From positions 2,784,001 through 2,848,000 of the forward strand of contig CBDETY010000003.1 of assembly GCA_965243025.1 (NCBI GenBank): a DNA stretch of 64,000 nucleotides. The letters are read 5' to 3'. The notes under the pieces are model-generated. The model saw only the letters and a list, made by a program, of their open reading frames with translations, did no database searches and was not told the origin of the DNA. Numbering within the stretch: the stretch's first letter is position 1; each line of letters starts with the position of its first letter. This DNA comes from Candidatus Latescibacterota bacterium (GTDB lineage: Bacteria > Latescibacterota > UBA2968 > UBA8231). Positions 10,216-20,447 of this stretch are shown here, one piece after another. The translations under genes were made by a program, and so were the position numbers.

Positions 10216-11718
10216 ATGACGACCGGAATTTCCTCCGACAAACGCCGGCAGCTGCTGCGGGACGGGTTCTGCCTGTTCGAGCAGATCCTCGACCCCAACC
10301 TGTTGAAGCAGACCCGGGAGATCTCCGACACCCTGCTCGACGGGCAGCCGCCGGAGCATTTCGAGCAGCAGAAATCGACCGGCAGCATGATCTCCGTGTT
10401 CGACGACCCCGGCTTCGCCGAGCTCGTGCGCTGCCCTGCCGCCGTCGACGCCCTGGCCAGCCTCGGCTTCCCGCGCCCGAAGTGGTGGTTGGGGTTCGTC
10501 ATCAGCAAGCCGCCGCACAGCCCGCCGCTGTTCTGGCACCAGGACTGGTGGGGCTGGAACCACCCGGTCAGCTACGGCGACCCGGTGCCGCAGCAGGTCT
10601 TCCTGATGTACTACACCGTCGATACGGCCCCCGGAAACGGCTGCCTGCGCCTGATTCCCGGATCGCACCTCGAGCGCCACCCCATGCACGACGCGGTCCC
10701 CGACGCCCATACGAACACCTTGCGCCAGATCGACGATCCCCGCAGCCCGGTCTACCGGAACGTGGAGGAAGCTGTCGACGTGCCGGTGCGGGCCGGCGAC
10801 CTCGTCATCGGGGACTCGCGCCTGCTGCACTCGGCGCACGCAAACGATTCGGAGGAACGCCGCACCGTCATCACCCTGTGGTACTTCCCCGCCTTCGAGC
10901 AGCTTCCCGAGCCCATCCGGGCCCATATCGTCACGGAGAGGAAGATCGACACCTGGCCGGAAGAGGCGCGCTCCCGCATCGCCCACCTCCTGCCGGAGTA
11001 CGACGGCGGCGCCGAACCGATCGCGTGGAACCGCATCCCCGGTCCCGCCCTGAGGCAGTTTCCAAGGCCATTCCGAACCGGAACAGACCGGCGACAGACA
11101 GGAAAACCCCGTCACGTGAAAAAGGTGATCCTCGTCGGCGACTCGATTCGCATGGGGTACGAACCGGTGGCCGTCCGCGAGCTGACAGGCTGGGCGGAGG
11201 TGATCGAAATGGGCCGAATCCAGGGGGGCAACACCCGCAACCTCCTCGCCCATCTCGACGAGTGGGTGATCTCCCGCGACCCGGACATCGTCCACCTGAA
11301 CGCCGGCCTCCACGACATGGCCCGGGACCCGGGACCGGGGCCCGAGAACCGCGTGCCGCTCGACGAGTACCGCGCCAACCTCGAGCGGATCCTGCAGACC
11401 CTGCAGCGGCAAACCAGGGCCGACCTCGTCCTGGCGCTCACCACCCCCGTCGATCTCGGGCGCCAGCTCGCGGTCGCCAAGGGGGTCAACAGAACCCCGG
11501 AAGAGGTCGCCGCCTACAACGCCGCCGCCCGGGAGGTCGCCGCCGGGCTCGGCGTCGCCGTCAACGACCTGCACGCAGCCGTGGTCGAGGCCGGCGCCGC
11601 GGAGCTGCTGGCCGAGGACGGCGTCCATTTCACCGCCGCCGGAGACGAGGTTCTCGGGCGCGCCGCCGCCGCCGCGGTGCGGGCGGCCGCGGATCAACCT
11701 TCAGGAGAAACCACATGA
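10216..11718 (+). CDS. Phytanoyl-CoA dioxygenase (PhyH) domain in frame with an SGNH/GDSL hydrolase domain (possible second start GTG 11116)
   Basis: WHQD, NGCLRLIPGSH, LLHSA, then VILVGDSI, NAGLHD, DGVHF. Confidence 0.8.
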   Translation: MTTGISSDKRRQLLRDGFCLFEQILDPNLLKQTREISDTLLDGQPPEHFEQQKSTGSMISVFDDPGFAELVRCPAAVDALASLGFPRPKWWLGFVISKPPHSPPLFWHQDWWGWNHPVSYGDPVPQQVFLMYYTVDTAPGNGCLRLIPGSHLERHPMHDAVPDAHTNTLRQIDDPRSPVYRNVEEAVDVPVRAGDLVIGDSRLLHSAHANDSEERRTVITLWYFPAFEQLPEPIRAHIVTERKIDTWPEEARSRIAHLLPEYDGGAEPIAWNRIPGPALRQFPRPFRTGTDRRQTGKPRHVKKVILVGDSIRMGYEPVAVRELTGWAEVIEMGRIQGGNTRNLLAHLDEWVISRDPDIVHLNAGLHDMARDPGPGPENRVPLDEYRANLERILQTLQRQTRADLVLALTTPVDLGRQLAVAKGVNRTPEEVAAYNAAAREVAAGLGVAVNDLHAAVVEAGAAELLAEDGVHFTAAGDEVLGRAAAAAVRAAADQPSGETT

Positions 11719-12626
11719 ACCCTCGCGTCCTCGCCGGTATCCGGCGCCTTCCCCTGCCCCTGCTTGCCGCCGCAGCCCTGTTCGCCGCACAGGCCGCCGC
11801 CCACTTCCCCGAAGACACGGTGCACCCGCTGTTCCAGTTCCCCAGGGACCGGGTGCCGGTGATGGACGGAGACCTCAGCGACTGGGACATGCTGCCGGCG
11901 GAGTACAACTTCGACCTCGTGAAATACTCCCAGCACAAGGAGCAGACCAGCACCGAACACAACCCCGCCGACCTCAACATCATTCGCGCCGCGGCGGCCT
12001 GGAACGACGAGCTCAACCGCCTCTACTTCATGGCCGAGGTCTACGACGACGTGGTCCGCTTTCACAAGGAGGACCCCGACTCCCTCGACCACCCGTTCAC
12101 GCGGCTGACCGGCTCCTACGTCCACGGCGCCGACATCTTCGAGATCGTCATCGACGCCGACCACGGCGCCGAAGACGTGGTCGGATACTCCGAGAATGAG
12201 GAGCGCGAACTGCGCTACCGCAGCGCCTTCACGCAGAACTACCACCTCTACATGCCGCCCCTGAACGGCTACTACTGGCACTGGTACTGGGGCAAGCCGC
12301 TGTGGACAAAGGACGAGGCCTGGTCCGCGGTCGGCTGGAGCTTCCCCGGGGAGCACGGATCCGCCGGCACCGTCACCTACGAGTGCTACCTCACCCCGTT
12401 CGACGACCTGCACCCGGACGGGCCGGAGGTCAGCGTCCTCCACGACCTTCAGGAGAACGCCGTCATCGGCCTCGCCTGGTCGTTCATCGACGCCGACTCC
12501 AGCGCCACCGCCTCGGACGCCTTCTGGAGCATGACCGGCGACGTCAACATGTACTGCATGGGGGATTTCCTCTCCGACTTCCGGCTCATGCCGGTCGACG
12601 CCTCGCTGTTCCCGGAAAAGCGATGA
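11715..12626 (+). CDS. Secreted CBM9/DOMON-like protein (same family as the 35.8-41.4 kb and 52-55 kb paralogs, but without the C-terminal tail)
   Basis: Signal peptide ending AAA|H, then DGDLSDW, AWND..NRLYF, D.DH, YLTPFD, IGLAW..ID.D pattern. Confidence 0.7.
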   Translation: MNPRVLAGIRRLPLPLLAAAALFAAQAAAHFPEDTVHPLFQFPRDRVPVMDGDLSDWDMLPAEYNFDLVKYSQHKEQTSTEHNPADLNIIRAAAAWNDELNRLYFMAEVYDDVVRFHKEDPDSLDHPFTRLTGSYVHGADIFEIVIDADHGAEDVVGYSENEERELRYRSAFTQNYHLYMPPLNGYYWHWYWGKPLWTKDEAWSAVGWSFPGEHGSAGTVTYECYLTPFDDLHPDGPEVSVLHDLQENAVIGLAWSFIDADSSATASDAFWSMTGDVNMYCMGDFLSDFRLMPVDASLFPEKR

Positions 12627-13696
12627 ACTCGATCCCGGAGCGCACCCGCCGCTTCCACCGCGACCACCCGATCGCCGACCTGCTCGCCCTCAACCTCGGC
12701 CATCCGCGTTTCACCGTGGCCGACATCGACCTCGGGAAAAGGGACCCGACCTCCCGCCGCGGCGACTTCCCCAAGTTCCGGGACTGGGGCCTGAAGGTGG
12801 TGATGTGCAAGGGCGGGGCCGCGGTGCCGGAGATGAACTTCGACGCCGCCTGGCCCCGGGATCCCACCTTTCGCCCGGGCCGCCCCGACAGCGAGCCGAT
12901 GTACCTGAGCATGGCCATAAACAGCCCGACCCTGCTCTGCCTGACGGTGCTCGACCGCTTCCTCTGCAACGTCGAGGAGAACCCGGACAAGGTGATCCTC
13001 GTGCGCACCGCCGCCGACCTCGACCGCGCCCTGGCCGACCCGGAGCGGATCGCCGTGCTCATGGGGGCCAACCGCAGCGACTGGTTCGGCGACAGCCCGG
13101 GGGCCCTGCGCCAGTTCGCGCGCCTCGGGCTTCGCATGATCACCATCGGCCAGGCGACCCGCGAGCTGGGCTGGGACGTCTCGGACGAGATGCGCTCCGG
13201 GGGGCGCATGACCTCCCTCGGGGTGCGCATGATCGAGGAGATGAACCGCTGCGGTATCCTCGTCGACCTGGCGCACACCAACGACCCCTGCGCCCTCGAC
13301 GCCATCGAGGTGTCGGAGAAGCCGGTGATCGACACCCACTCCGGCCCGCGCGCCCTCGAGGAGGACCCGAGCCCGCGCAGCACTCCCGACGAGGTAATGA
13401 AGGCCCTGGCGGCCAACGGCGGCATCCTCGGCATCACCCCGTCCATCGGGCGGCCCGAGGGCGACGCCCCGTACGAGTCGGTCGACGACGGCGAGATGGA
13501 AGCGACCCTGAAGCAGATCCGCTACGCCGTCGACCTGATGGGAGCCGGCGGCGTCGGCATCGGAACGCACTTCAATTCGGCGATCATTCCCTGGATCACC
13601 GAGGCGCTGCTCGAGGACGGATTTTCGGAGGAGGACACGGCAAAGATCATGGGGGGCAACTACCTCCGCGTGCTGCGCGAGGTGCTGCCGGCGTGA
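12623..13696 (+). CDS. Membrane dipeptidase (M19)-like amidohydrolase, divergent
   Basis: G...IEEMNRCGILVDLAH, PVIDTHS, KIMGGNYLRV motifs. Confidence 0.8.
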   Translation: MNSIPERTRRFHRDHPIADLLALNLGHPRFTVADIDLGKRDPTSRRGDFPKFRDWGLKVVMCKGGAAVPEMNFDAAWPRDPTFRPGRPDSEPMYLSMAINSPTLLCLTVLDRFLCNVEENPDKVILVRTAADLDRALADPERIAVLMGANRSDWFGDSPGALRQFARLGLRMITIGQATRELGWDVSDEMRSGGRMTSLGVRMIEEMNRCGILVDLAHTNDPCALDAIEVSEKPVIDTHSGPRALEEDPSPRSTPDEVMKALAANGGILGITPSIGRPEGDAPYESVDDGEMEATLKQIRYAVDLMGAGGVGIGTHFNSAIIPWITEALLEDGFSEEDTAKIMGGNYLRVLREVLPA

Positions 13697-13841
13697 CCGG
13701 AATGGCGGGGGTTGCTGCGCCGAGGGCCGGGTGCGCGACCTCGAACCCTGCCCGGGACAGCCGCGGCTTCGACGCCGCTTCCTGTGGCTCCCGGTGCGTC
13801 ACCGGTCCAGGCCGGGACAAGCCGACACACGGGTGGATCAA

Positions 13842-14573
13842 GTGAAGAAAGACTGGCGCGCCGACGAGTTCCGGTGCCTGGTCGCCCTCGGAGAGAGCAC
13901 CACCGCGGGCGGCTGGAGCACCTCCCCGGAGCGCTGCTGGGTAGCGGTTCTCGGCGGCCTCATCAACGACTTTCAGGAGACGCCGGTGCGGGTGGTCAAC
14001 TCCGGGATCGGGGCAAACCTCATCTCCACCCGCAGCCCGTTCTACGACGTGAGCGGAAAGCCGGCCGCCTCGGAGCGCCTCGAAAAGCACGTCCTCGCCC
14101 ACGACCCCGACCTGCTGATCATCTCCTACGGCCTCAACGACGCCCGCGGCGGCACGCCGCTGCCGCAGTTCCGCGCCGACCTCGCCCTGCTGGTGCGGCG
14201 CGTGCGCGAGCGCACCGACCCGCTCATCCTGCTTCCCGGTCCCTACTTCATGACCGACTTCACGGTCGGCGGGGCGGCCTGGAGCCACGCGGATCTGCGG
14301 CTTTTCAAGAGCTTCAACGCCGCTACCGCGGAGGTCGCCGGGGAACTCGGCTGTCTCTACGCCGACCTTCTCGAAGCCAGCGGCGAAGCGCCCTGGACGG
14401 TCCATTACGACGGGGTTCACCAGAACGACCTCGGGCACCGGCTCGTCGCCAACCGCATCTTCGAGGTCCTGGCCCGGAACTGCTCCTGCCTGGCGAAGAA
14501 GACCCGGGAAGCCGAGCTGAACAGCCCGAGGTGGCGGGACGAGTCGACCCTGAAGTCGGACTACGGACACTGA
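13842..14573 (+). CDS. SGNH/GDSL hydrolase
   Basis: ALGESTT, NSGIG, YGLND, DGVH. Start uncertain. Confidence 0.82.
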   Translation: MKKDWRADEFRCLVALGESTTAGGWSTSPERCWVAVLGGLINDFQETPVRVVNSGIGANLISTRSPFYDVSGKPAASERLEKHVLAHDPDLLIISYGLNDARGGTPLPQFRADLALLVRRVRERTDPLILLPGPYFMTDFTVGGAAWSHADLRLFKSFNAATAEVAGELGCLYADLLEASGEAPWTVHYDGVHQNDLGHRLVANRIFEVLARNCSCLAKKTREAELNSPRWRDESTLKSDYGH

Positions 14574-14579
14574 ACGGCC

Positions 14580-16088
14580 ATGTACCGAATACTCGCAGCC
14601 GAGTGCATGCAGGAGATCTCCTCGTTCAACCCGGTCGAGACCCGGTACGACGACTTCGACATCCGGCGGGGAGAGGAACTGTTCGCCCATCACCGCGGCA
14701 TCGAGTCCTACGTCAGCGGAGCCCTCGGGGTGTTCGAGGCGCGCACGGACGTCGAGCCGGTGCCGCTGTGGGGCGGAGACGCCTGCTCCTCCGGCCCCCT
14801 GGTGCAGGCGGACTTCGAGCGCCTCGCCGCGGAGCTCCTCGATGCGGTGGAGCGGGAGCACCGCCGGGGAGCCGACGGTTTCTACTTCACCCTGCACGGG
14901 GCCATGGGGGCCGCCGGAGAGCTCGACCCCGAGGGGTACCTGCTGCAGGAGGTGCGGCGGCTTGTCGGGCCCGACCTCCCCATCGTCATCTCCCTCGACC
15001 TGCACGGCATCCTCACGCGGCGGATGCTCGAGCACTGCGACGCCCTCACCCTGCTGCACACCTACCCGCACGTCGACTTCGCCGACACCGGCGCGCGCGC
15101 CGCCCGCCTGCTGCTGCGCATCCTCGACGAGGGCCTGCGCCCCGTCGTCGCCCGGGTCCCGGTTCCGGCGCTGGTCCGCGGCGACGAGCTGATCACGGAG
15201 ACAGGCATCTACGGAGATACCATCCGCCGGGCGCAGGAGCTGGAACGCTCCGACAAGGCGCTGGCCGCGGGCATGATGATCGGCAACCCCTTCACCGACG
15301 TTCCGGAGCTCTGCTCGCAGAGCGTCGTGGTCACCGACCGCGACCCGGAAGCAGCGGAACGGGAGGCGCTGGAGCTGGCGCGCGGCTTCTGGCCCGACCG
15401 GGCCCGCATGCAGGCCCCGCTCGTCAAGGTGGAAGAGGCGATCGCCCAGGCGCGCGGCCTCGAAGGAACGGCGATCTTCGCCGATGCCGCGGACGCCACC
15501 AGCTCCGGGGCCAGCGGCGACAGCAACTTCATCCTCGCGGCCCTGCTCGAGGCCGGGTACGAGGGAACCGTGCTGGCGCCGCTCGTCGATCCCCCGGCGG
15601 TCAGGCGCGCCTTCGAGACCGGGGTCGGCAACACCGGCCGCTTTTCGCTGGGGGGCGCCCTCGATCCCCGCTTCACCCCGCTGCCGCTCGAGGCCACCGT
15701 TACCATGCTGCGCACAGGCCCCTACCCTTTCGAGTCCTGGGGGACCCGGCAGGACGCTGGCGACACCGCCCTGCTCCAGGCCGGGCGCATGAGCATCGCG
15801 GTTACCTCGCTGCCGGTCTACCTCTTCGACCGCTCGCTCTTCCTCGCCCACGGCTGCGATCCGCGGGGGTTCGATCTCGTGGTGGTGAAGTCCCCCCACT
15901 GCCAGGAGCGTTTCTTCACCGCCTGGGCGGCGGCGAACTTCAACATCGACGCCCCCGGATCGACGAGCGCCAACCTTCCGAGCCTGGGGCACACCATCTG
16001 CAGGCGACCGGTTTATCCCCTCGACGACGGCGTCCGTTTCGAGCCACGGCCGGAGGTCTTCTCGCGCCGGGGCCGGGAACCCACATGA
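14580..16088 (+). CDS. M81 family metallopeptidase (MlrC-like)
   Basis: QE.SSFNP, LHGAM, DPEG, SLDLHG, TYPHVD, VVKS motifs. Confidence 0.92.
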   Translation: MYRILAAECMQEISSFNPVETRYDDFDIRRGEELFAHHRGIESYVSGALGVFEARTDVEPVPLWGGDACSSGPLVQADFERLAAELLDAVEREHRRGADGFYFTLHGAMGAAGELDPEGYLLQEVRRLVGPDLPIVISLDLHGILTRRMLEHCDALTLLHTYPHVDFADTGARAARLLLRILDEGLRPVVARVPVPALVRGDELITETGIYGDTIRRAQELERSDKALAAGMMIGNPFTDVPELCSQSVVVTDRDPEAAEREALELARGFWPDRARMQAPLVKVEEAIAQARGLEGTAIFADAADATSSGASGDSNFILAALLEAGYEGTVLAPLVDPPAVRRAFETGVGNTGRFSLGGALDPRFTPLPLEATVTMLRTGPYPFESWGTRQDAGDTALLQAGRMSIAVTSLPVYLFDRSLFLAHGCDPRGFDLVVVKSPHCQERFFTAWAAANFNIDAPGSTSANLPSLGHTICRRPVYPLDDGVRFEPRPEVFSRRGREPT

Positions 16089-16253
16089 AGCTCACGTGTA
16101 CCGCAGATTACCGCGCCCCCAGGTTCCAGCAGGTGGCGGAGGTTTTCCCGCGCCCGGGCTCCGGAGCATGACGAAACTCGAGCTCGCCCCAGGCAACCAC
16201 GCTCCCGGATACGAGCCCGATGCCGGGCGCCCGGGAACGGAAAGCTGAGCCGC

Positions 16254-17291
16254 ATGCTGCGCGTCGCCATCGCCGGCTGCCACCGGCAGCTCCTGCGCAA
16301 GCCGGGAAGCCACAACTTCGCCTCCGCTTTCAGCGCCCATCCCGGAACCGAGGTTGCCGGTGTCTTCGACTACGGCGCGGAGGAACGCGCCGGGTTCGTC
16401 GAGTGCTGGCGGGATGTCTGGGGAGAGGTGCCGGCCTTCGACAACTACGGGCAGCTTCTCGCAGAGGTCGGACCCGACATCGTCTGCATCGCCACCCGGC
16501 AGACCATGCACGCCGACCAGATCGAACAGGCGGTGGCCGCCGGAGTTCGCGGTATCCTGTGCGACAAACCGCTGGTGACCAGCCTCTCCGAGCTCGACCG
16601 CGTCGTAGCCGCCTGCGCGGAGATTCCGCTGGCCTTCGCCCTCGACCGCCGCTGGGACCCTGCGTACCGGGCCCTGTGCTCAGCGCTCGCAGACGGGCCG
16701 GTCGGGAAGGTCACGAACCTGGTCGCCTACGGCATTCCGAACACCATCAACCACGGATGCCACTGGTACGACGCCATGCTCATGCTTCTCGGCGACCCGG
16801 AGCCCGCCTGGGTCAGCGGCTTTCTCGACCCCGGCGATCCGCAGGACGAGCGCCGCCGCAGCGATCCTCCCTGCCGGGCCCAGGTCGGCATGGAAAACGG
16901 CGTTACCGCATACGTCACCTGCGACGGGCCCAGGGGCCCCGCCTTCGAGATCGCCGCGGAGGAAGGGCGGATCTCCGTGTACGCCGACGCCGCCGCAGCC
17001 CGCATCAACAAGGACGCATCGGAAGAGCCCCTGCCCCTGCCGCCGAAGGAGGAAGGCTGGCCTGCCGGAATGGACATGGTCGCCGACCTCGTGCGCGCCG
17101 TCGAAGAAGGTGGCCCCACCGCCTGCGACGTTCCCGAAGCCCGGCGCGCCACCGAGGTCGGGTTCGCCATCTGCTCCTCTTCGGAACGGGACGGGGCCCG
17201 GGTCCAGCTGCCCGCGGACGACCGCTCCCTCCGCGTCGAGTCGTATCCTTGGGGGAACGAACCTCCAACCATGCCACCTTCGGAGACCTGA
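16254..17291 (+). CDS. Gfo/Idh/MocA oxidoreductase
   Basis: RVAIAGC, CDKPL, NHGCHWYD motifs. Confidence 0.85.
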   Translation: MLRVAIAGCHRQLLRKPGSHNFASAFSAHPGTEVAGVFDYGAEERAGFVECWRDVWGEVPAFDNYGQLLAEVGPDIVCIATRQTMHADQIEQAVAAGVRGILCDKPLVTSLSELDRVVAACAEIPLAFALDRRWDPAYRALCSALADGPVGKVTNLVAYGIPNTINHGCHWYDAMLMLLGDPEPAWVSGFLDPGDPQDERRRSDPPCRAQVGMENGVTAYVTCDGPRGPAFEIAAEEGRISVYADAAAARINKDASEEPLPLPPKEEGWPAGMDMVADLVRAVEEGGPTACDVPEARRATEVGFAICSSSERDGARVQLPADDRSLRVESYPWGNEPPTMPPSET

Positions 17292-17292
17292 C

Positions 17293-18162
17293 ATGGGCGT
17301 GAGAATCGAAAAAATCAGCGAGCACATCGGCGCCGAGGTCCACGGCGTCGACATCGCCTCCCCCATCGACAGCGGCACCTTCTCCCTCCTGCGCGAGGCC
17401 TTCCACCGGCACTCGGTCCTCGTGTTTCGCGGCCAGGAGATCAGCGACGAACAGCACGTCGCCTTCAGCGAGGGGTTCGGCCCGCTCGAGATGACCATCC
17501 CCAGCGACCCGGTCGGCGACGGCGGCCCGGTCGGCGTCATCTGCAACGTCGACGACAACAACGAGGTCATCCCGCCCGACGACCGGCGCATGCTCTACCA
17601 GAAGGGGAACACCCTGTGGCACTCGGACGGCTCTTTCCGCAAGGTGCCGCTGCGCGGCTCCCTGCTGTCGGCCAAGGAGGTGCCCCCGGAAGGAGGCGAG
17701 ACCGAGTACGCCAGCCTGCGCGCCGCCTGGGCCACCCTCCCCGACGAGCGCAAGGAGCTGATCGAGGACCTGTTCGCCGAGCACAGCATCGCCTGGTCGC
17801 GGCAGCAGATCGCCCCGGGCCTGATGGACGACGCGTTCCTCAAGGACACGCCGCCGGCCCCGCATCCGCTCGTGCGCAGGATTCCCGAGAGCGGGGAGAA
17901 GGTCCTCCTCGTCGGCTCGTACACCACCCACATCCTCGGCTGGCCGGTGGAGAAAGGGCGGGCGCTGCTGGCGGAGCTGCTCGAATGGGCGACGCAGCCG
18001 GCCTTCGTGTACCGCCACGAGTGGCGGCGGCACGATCTCGTGATGTGGGACAACGTCAGCTGCCTGCATCGCGGCCGGCCCTGGGACGGCCGCTGCCGCC
18101 GCGTCATGCACCGGACCACCCTTTCCATGGCGGGCCTCGCAGACGCGACCGTTTCCTCATGA
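17293..18162 (+). CDS. TauD/TfdA-family Fe(II)/2OG dioxygenase
   Basis: GAEVHGVD, WHSDGSF, GGETEYA, MWDN..CLHR, MHRTT motifs. Confidence 0.92.
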   Translation: MGVRIEKISEHIGAEVHGVDIASPIDSGTFSLLREAFHRHSVLVFRGQEISDEQHVAFSEGFGPLEMTIPSDPVGDGGPVGVICNVDDNNEVIPPDDRRMLYQKGNTLWHSDGSFRKVPLRGSLLSAKEVPPEGGETEYASLRAAWATLPDERKELIEDLFAEHSIAWSRQQIAPGLMDDAFLKDTPPAPHPLVRRIPESGEKVLLVGSYTTHILGWPVEKGRALLAELLEWATQPAFVYRHEWRRHDLVMWDNVSCLHRGRPWDGRCRRVMHRTTLSMAGLADATVSS

Positions 18163-18181
18163 GCGGACGGAGACCGGAACA

Positions 18182-19294
18182 ATGACGACGAATGCCACTG
18201 CCGACCCGGCAGCGAACCCGGCGCGCCTCGACGACCTGCTGAGGCCCGAGGTCCTGGCCGCCTTCGACCGCGCCTCCTTCGAGCGTGAGGGGTACTGGGT
18301 CTGGGAGGGGATCCTCACCGAAGCCGGAAGGGAGCGGTTCACCGCCAGCCTGTCCCAGCTGCAGCAGCTCAACGACGACATCATCATGGCGACCGACTGG
18401 GGAGCCATCGACTACGGGGCCCGGGGCCTGGAACCGCCCGCACCCGAAGAGCTCGGCATCGAGGCGAGACAGCGCACCCTCGGCGGCTGCGAAACGGTCG
18501 CCTGCCTCCCCGGGGACGGGCGCGGCTACATGCACGAGCACGGGCTCTTCGGCCCGGAGCCCACCCTCGTCACCCCCGGTGTGGAGTCCGAGGGGCTGAT
18601 GCCGGAGTACTGGGCCGCGGCGTACGACGACTTCATCCTCGACGTCATCACCGCGCACCCGCAGATGATGGATCTGCTCGACAAGCTGTTCGAGGGCCGC
18701 TTCCTCCTCGACCACCTGGTGCTGATGAACCGGGCTCCGGGGTCGAGGGGCCGCCGCTGGCACGGCCACCCCTACCGCGACGGCAGCTACGAGGTCCAGG
18801 ACCGGGTCGGGGACGGCAGTTCCCTGACGAAGGAGTACCTGCGGCAGCAGTGCATCCGCACCCTCTGCTACCCCGAGGGGGCCGACGACGAGCACGGCGG
18901 CGAGCTCGCGGTAATTCCCGGATCTCACCTCTACCGCATACCTTACAAGTGGGACCGCGACCGCAGCGAGGGGGACGCGGAGATGGAAAGGGACTGGCTG
19001 CCGGGCAAGATCCACGCCTTCACCGGGGAACCGCTGAGGATCGTGCACCTGCAGATCCCGCCCGGAAGCATGGTCTCCTTCGTCCACCACATGCCGCACT
19101 TCGTCAGCTACCGGGCTCCGGACGCCCCGGTGCGCTGGGGGCTGCTGATGGCCTACCGGACCCCCGACCCGAACGCCGGGCCGGAAAAGTGGTCGGAGGG
19201 GGTGCCGGTGCACTGGGCCGAGCGGATGCTGGCGGCCGGCAGACTCTCGCCGCAGGCGCGGCAGGTGTTCGCGGGCGACAACCCCGTTTTCTGA
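18182..19294 (+). CDS. PhyH-like 2OG dioxygenase family protein
   Basis: FEREGY, WHGH, GELAVIPGSH, PPGSMV..HHMPH. Confidence 0.75.
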   Translation: MTTNATADPAANPARLDDLLRPEVLAAFDRASFEREGYWVWEGILTEAGRERFTASLSQLQQLNDDIIMATDWGAIDYGARGLEPPAPEELGIEARQRTLGGCETVACLPGDGRGYMHEHGLFGPEPTLVTPGVESEGLMPEYWAAAYDDFILDVITAHPQMMDLLDKLFEGRFLLDHLVLMNRAPGSRGRRWHGHPYRDGSYEVQDRVGDGSSLTKEYLRQQCIRTLCYPEGADDEHGGELAVIPGSHLYRIPYKWDRDRSEGDAEMERDWLPGKIHAFTGEPLRIVHLQIPPGSMVSFVHHMPHFVSYRAPDAPVRWGLLMAYRTPDPNAGPEKWSEGVPVHWAERMLAAGRLSPQARQVFAGDNPVF

Positions 19295-19317
19295 ACAACC
19301 GCCAAACCGAGACCAGG

Positions 19318-20382
19318 ATGGGAAAGGAAGAGCTTTCCCCCGCGACCTTCATCGGCGTGCAGGGGGACGACGTCATTTCATTCGGATCGGGGCAGCCGGA
19401 CCTGCCCCCGCCTCCCGAGGCCTACCACGTCCTTCCCCACTACCGGGACTTCAAGTACGGGCTGATCCAGGGGATGGTGGAGCTGCGCCGGGCGCTGGCC
19501 GGCCAGTACCCCGACTCGACCGCCGACAGCTTCGTCATCACCAACGGCGCCTCCGAGGCGCTCGACCTCGTGCTGCGGGTGATCGCCCGCAAGCAGGGGC
19601 CCGGCGGCAAGGTCCTGATGGCGCGCCCCTACTACTATTCCTACCCGAACATGGTGCGCTACGCCGGGCTCGAGCCGGTCTACACCGATACAATCGACGG
19701 CCGCATCGACTTCGACGACTTCGCCGCCAAGGTCGGGGACTGCTGCGCCGTCATCGTCAACTCCCCCTCCAACCCGACGGGGCGGGTCGAGGCGATCGAA
19801 ACCCTGGCGAAGATCGAGAAACTCACCAGCGAGCTGGGGGTGTACGTGCTCTCCGACGAGGTCTACAAGGACCTGATCTACGTGCGCGAGAACTACCTCA
19901 TCAAAGGGCCGCACGTGGTCACCATCAACTCCTTCTCCAAGACCTTCGCCATGTGCGGGTTCCGGGTCGGCTACCTCTGGTCCCTCGACCAGGAGCTGGT
20001 CGAGGAGGTGATCGCCGTCAAGACCCACACCTCGATGAACACCAACATCCTCGGCCAGGAGATGGCGCTGGCGGCCGTGGGAGTCTCCTCGGACTTCGCC
20101 GAAAAGCAGCTCGAAATCTGGCGCCACCGCCGCGACCTGATCTGGCAGGGGCTGTCCGACCTCGGCCTCGACCTGTGGAAGCCGGAAGGGGCCTTCTACG
20201 TCATGCCCCGGGTCGAGGAGCCCCTCGACTTCGTCCGCGACCTGTTCGAGCGCTACAAGGTCATCACCTACCTCGGAGACTGGTTCGGCTCCCCGGACCG
20301 GGTGCGGCTGTCGTACGCCCTCGACGTCGACAAGATCGAAGCCGGCCTCGAGCGCATCGGGCGCTACCTGCGGCAGCGGTAG
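19318..20382 (+). CDS. PLP-dependent aminotransferase class I/II
   Basis: NSPSNPTG, SDEVY, SFSKTFAMCGFRVG motifs. Confidence 0.93.
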   Translation: MGKEELSPATFIGVQGDDVISFGSGQPDLPPPPEAYHVLPHYRDFKYGLIQGMVELRRALAGQYPDSTADSFVITNGASEALDLVLRVIARKQGPGGKVLMARPYYYSYPNMVRYAGLEPVYTDTIDGRIDFDDFAAKVGDCCAVIVNSPSNPTGRVEAIETLAKIEKLTSELGVYVLSDEVYKDLIYVRENYLIKGPHVVTINSFSKTFAMCGFRVGYLWSLDQELVEEVIAVKTHTSMNTNILGQEMALAAVGVSSDFAEKQLEIWRHRRDLIWQGLSDLGLDLWKPEGAFYVMPRVEEPLDFVRDLFERYKVITYLGDWFGSPDRVRLSYALDVDKIEAGLERIGRYLRQR

Positions 20383-20447
20383 GGGCGCCGGGAACCGGCC
20401 GGGAGCGGTTGCGGGCGGTCAGCACCCTGGAAACGGAGAGGAAGCGC

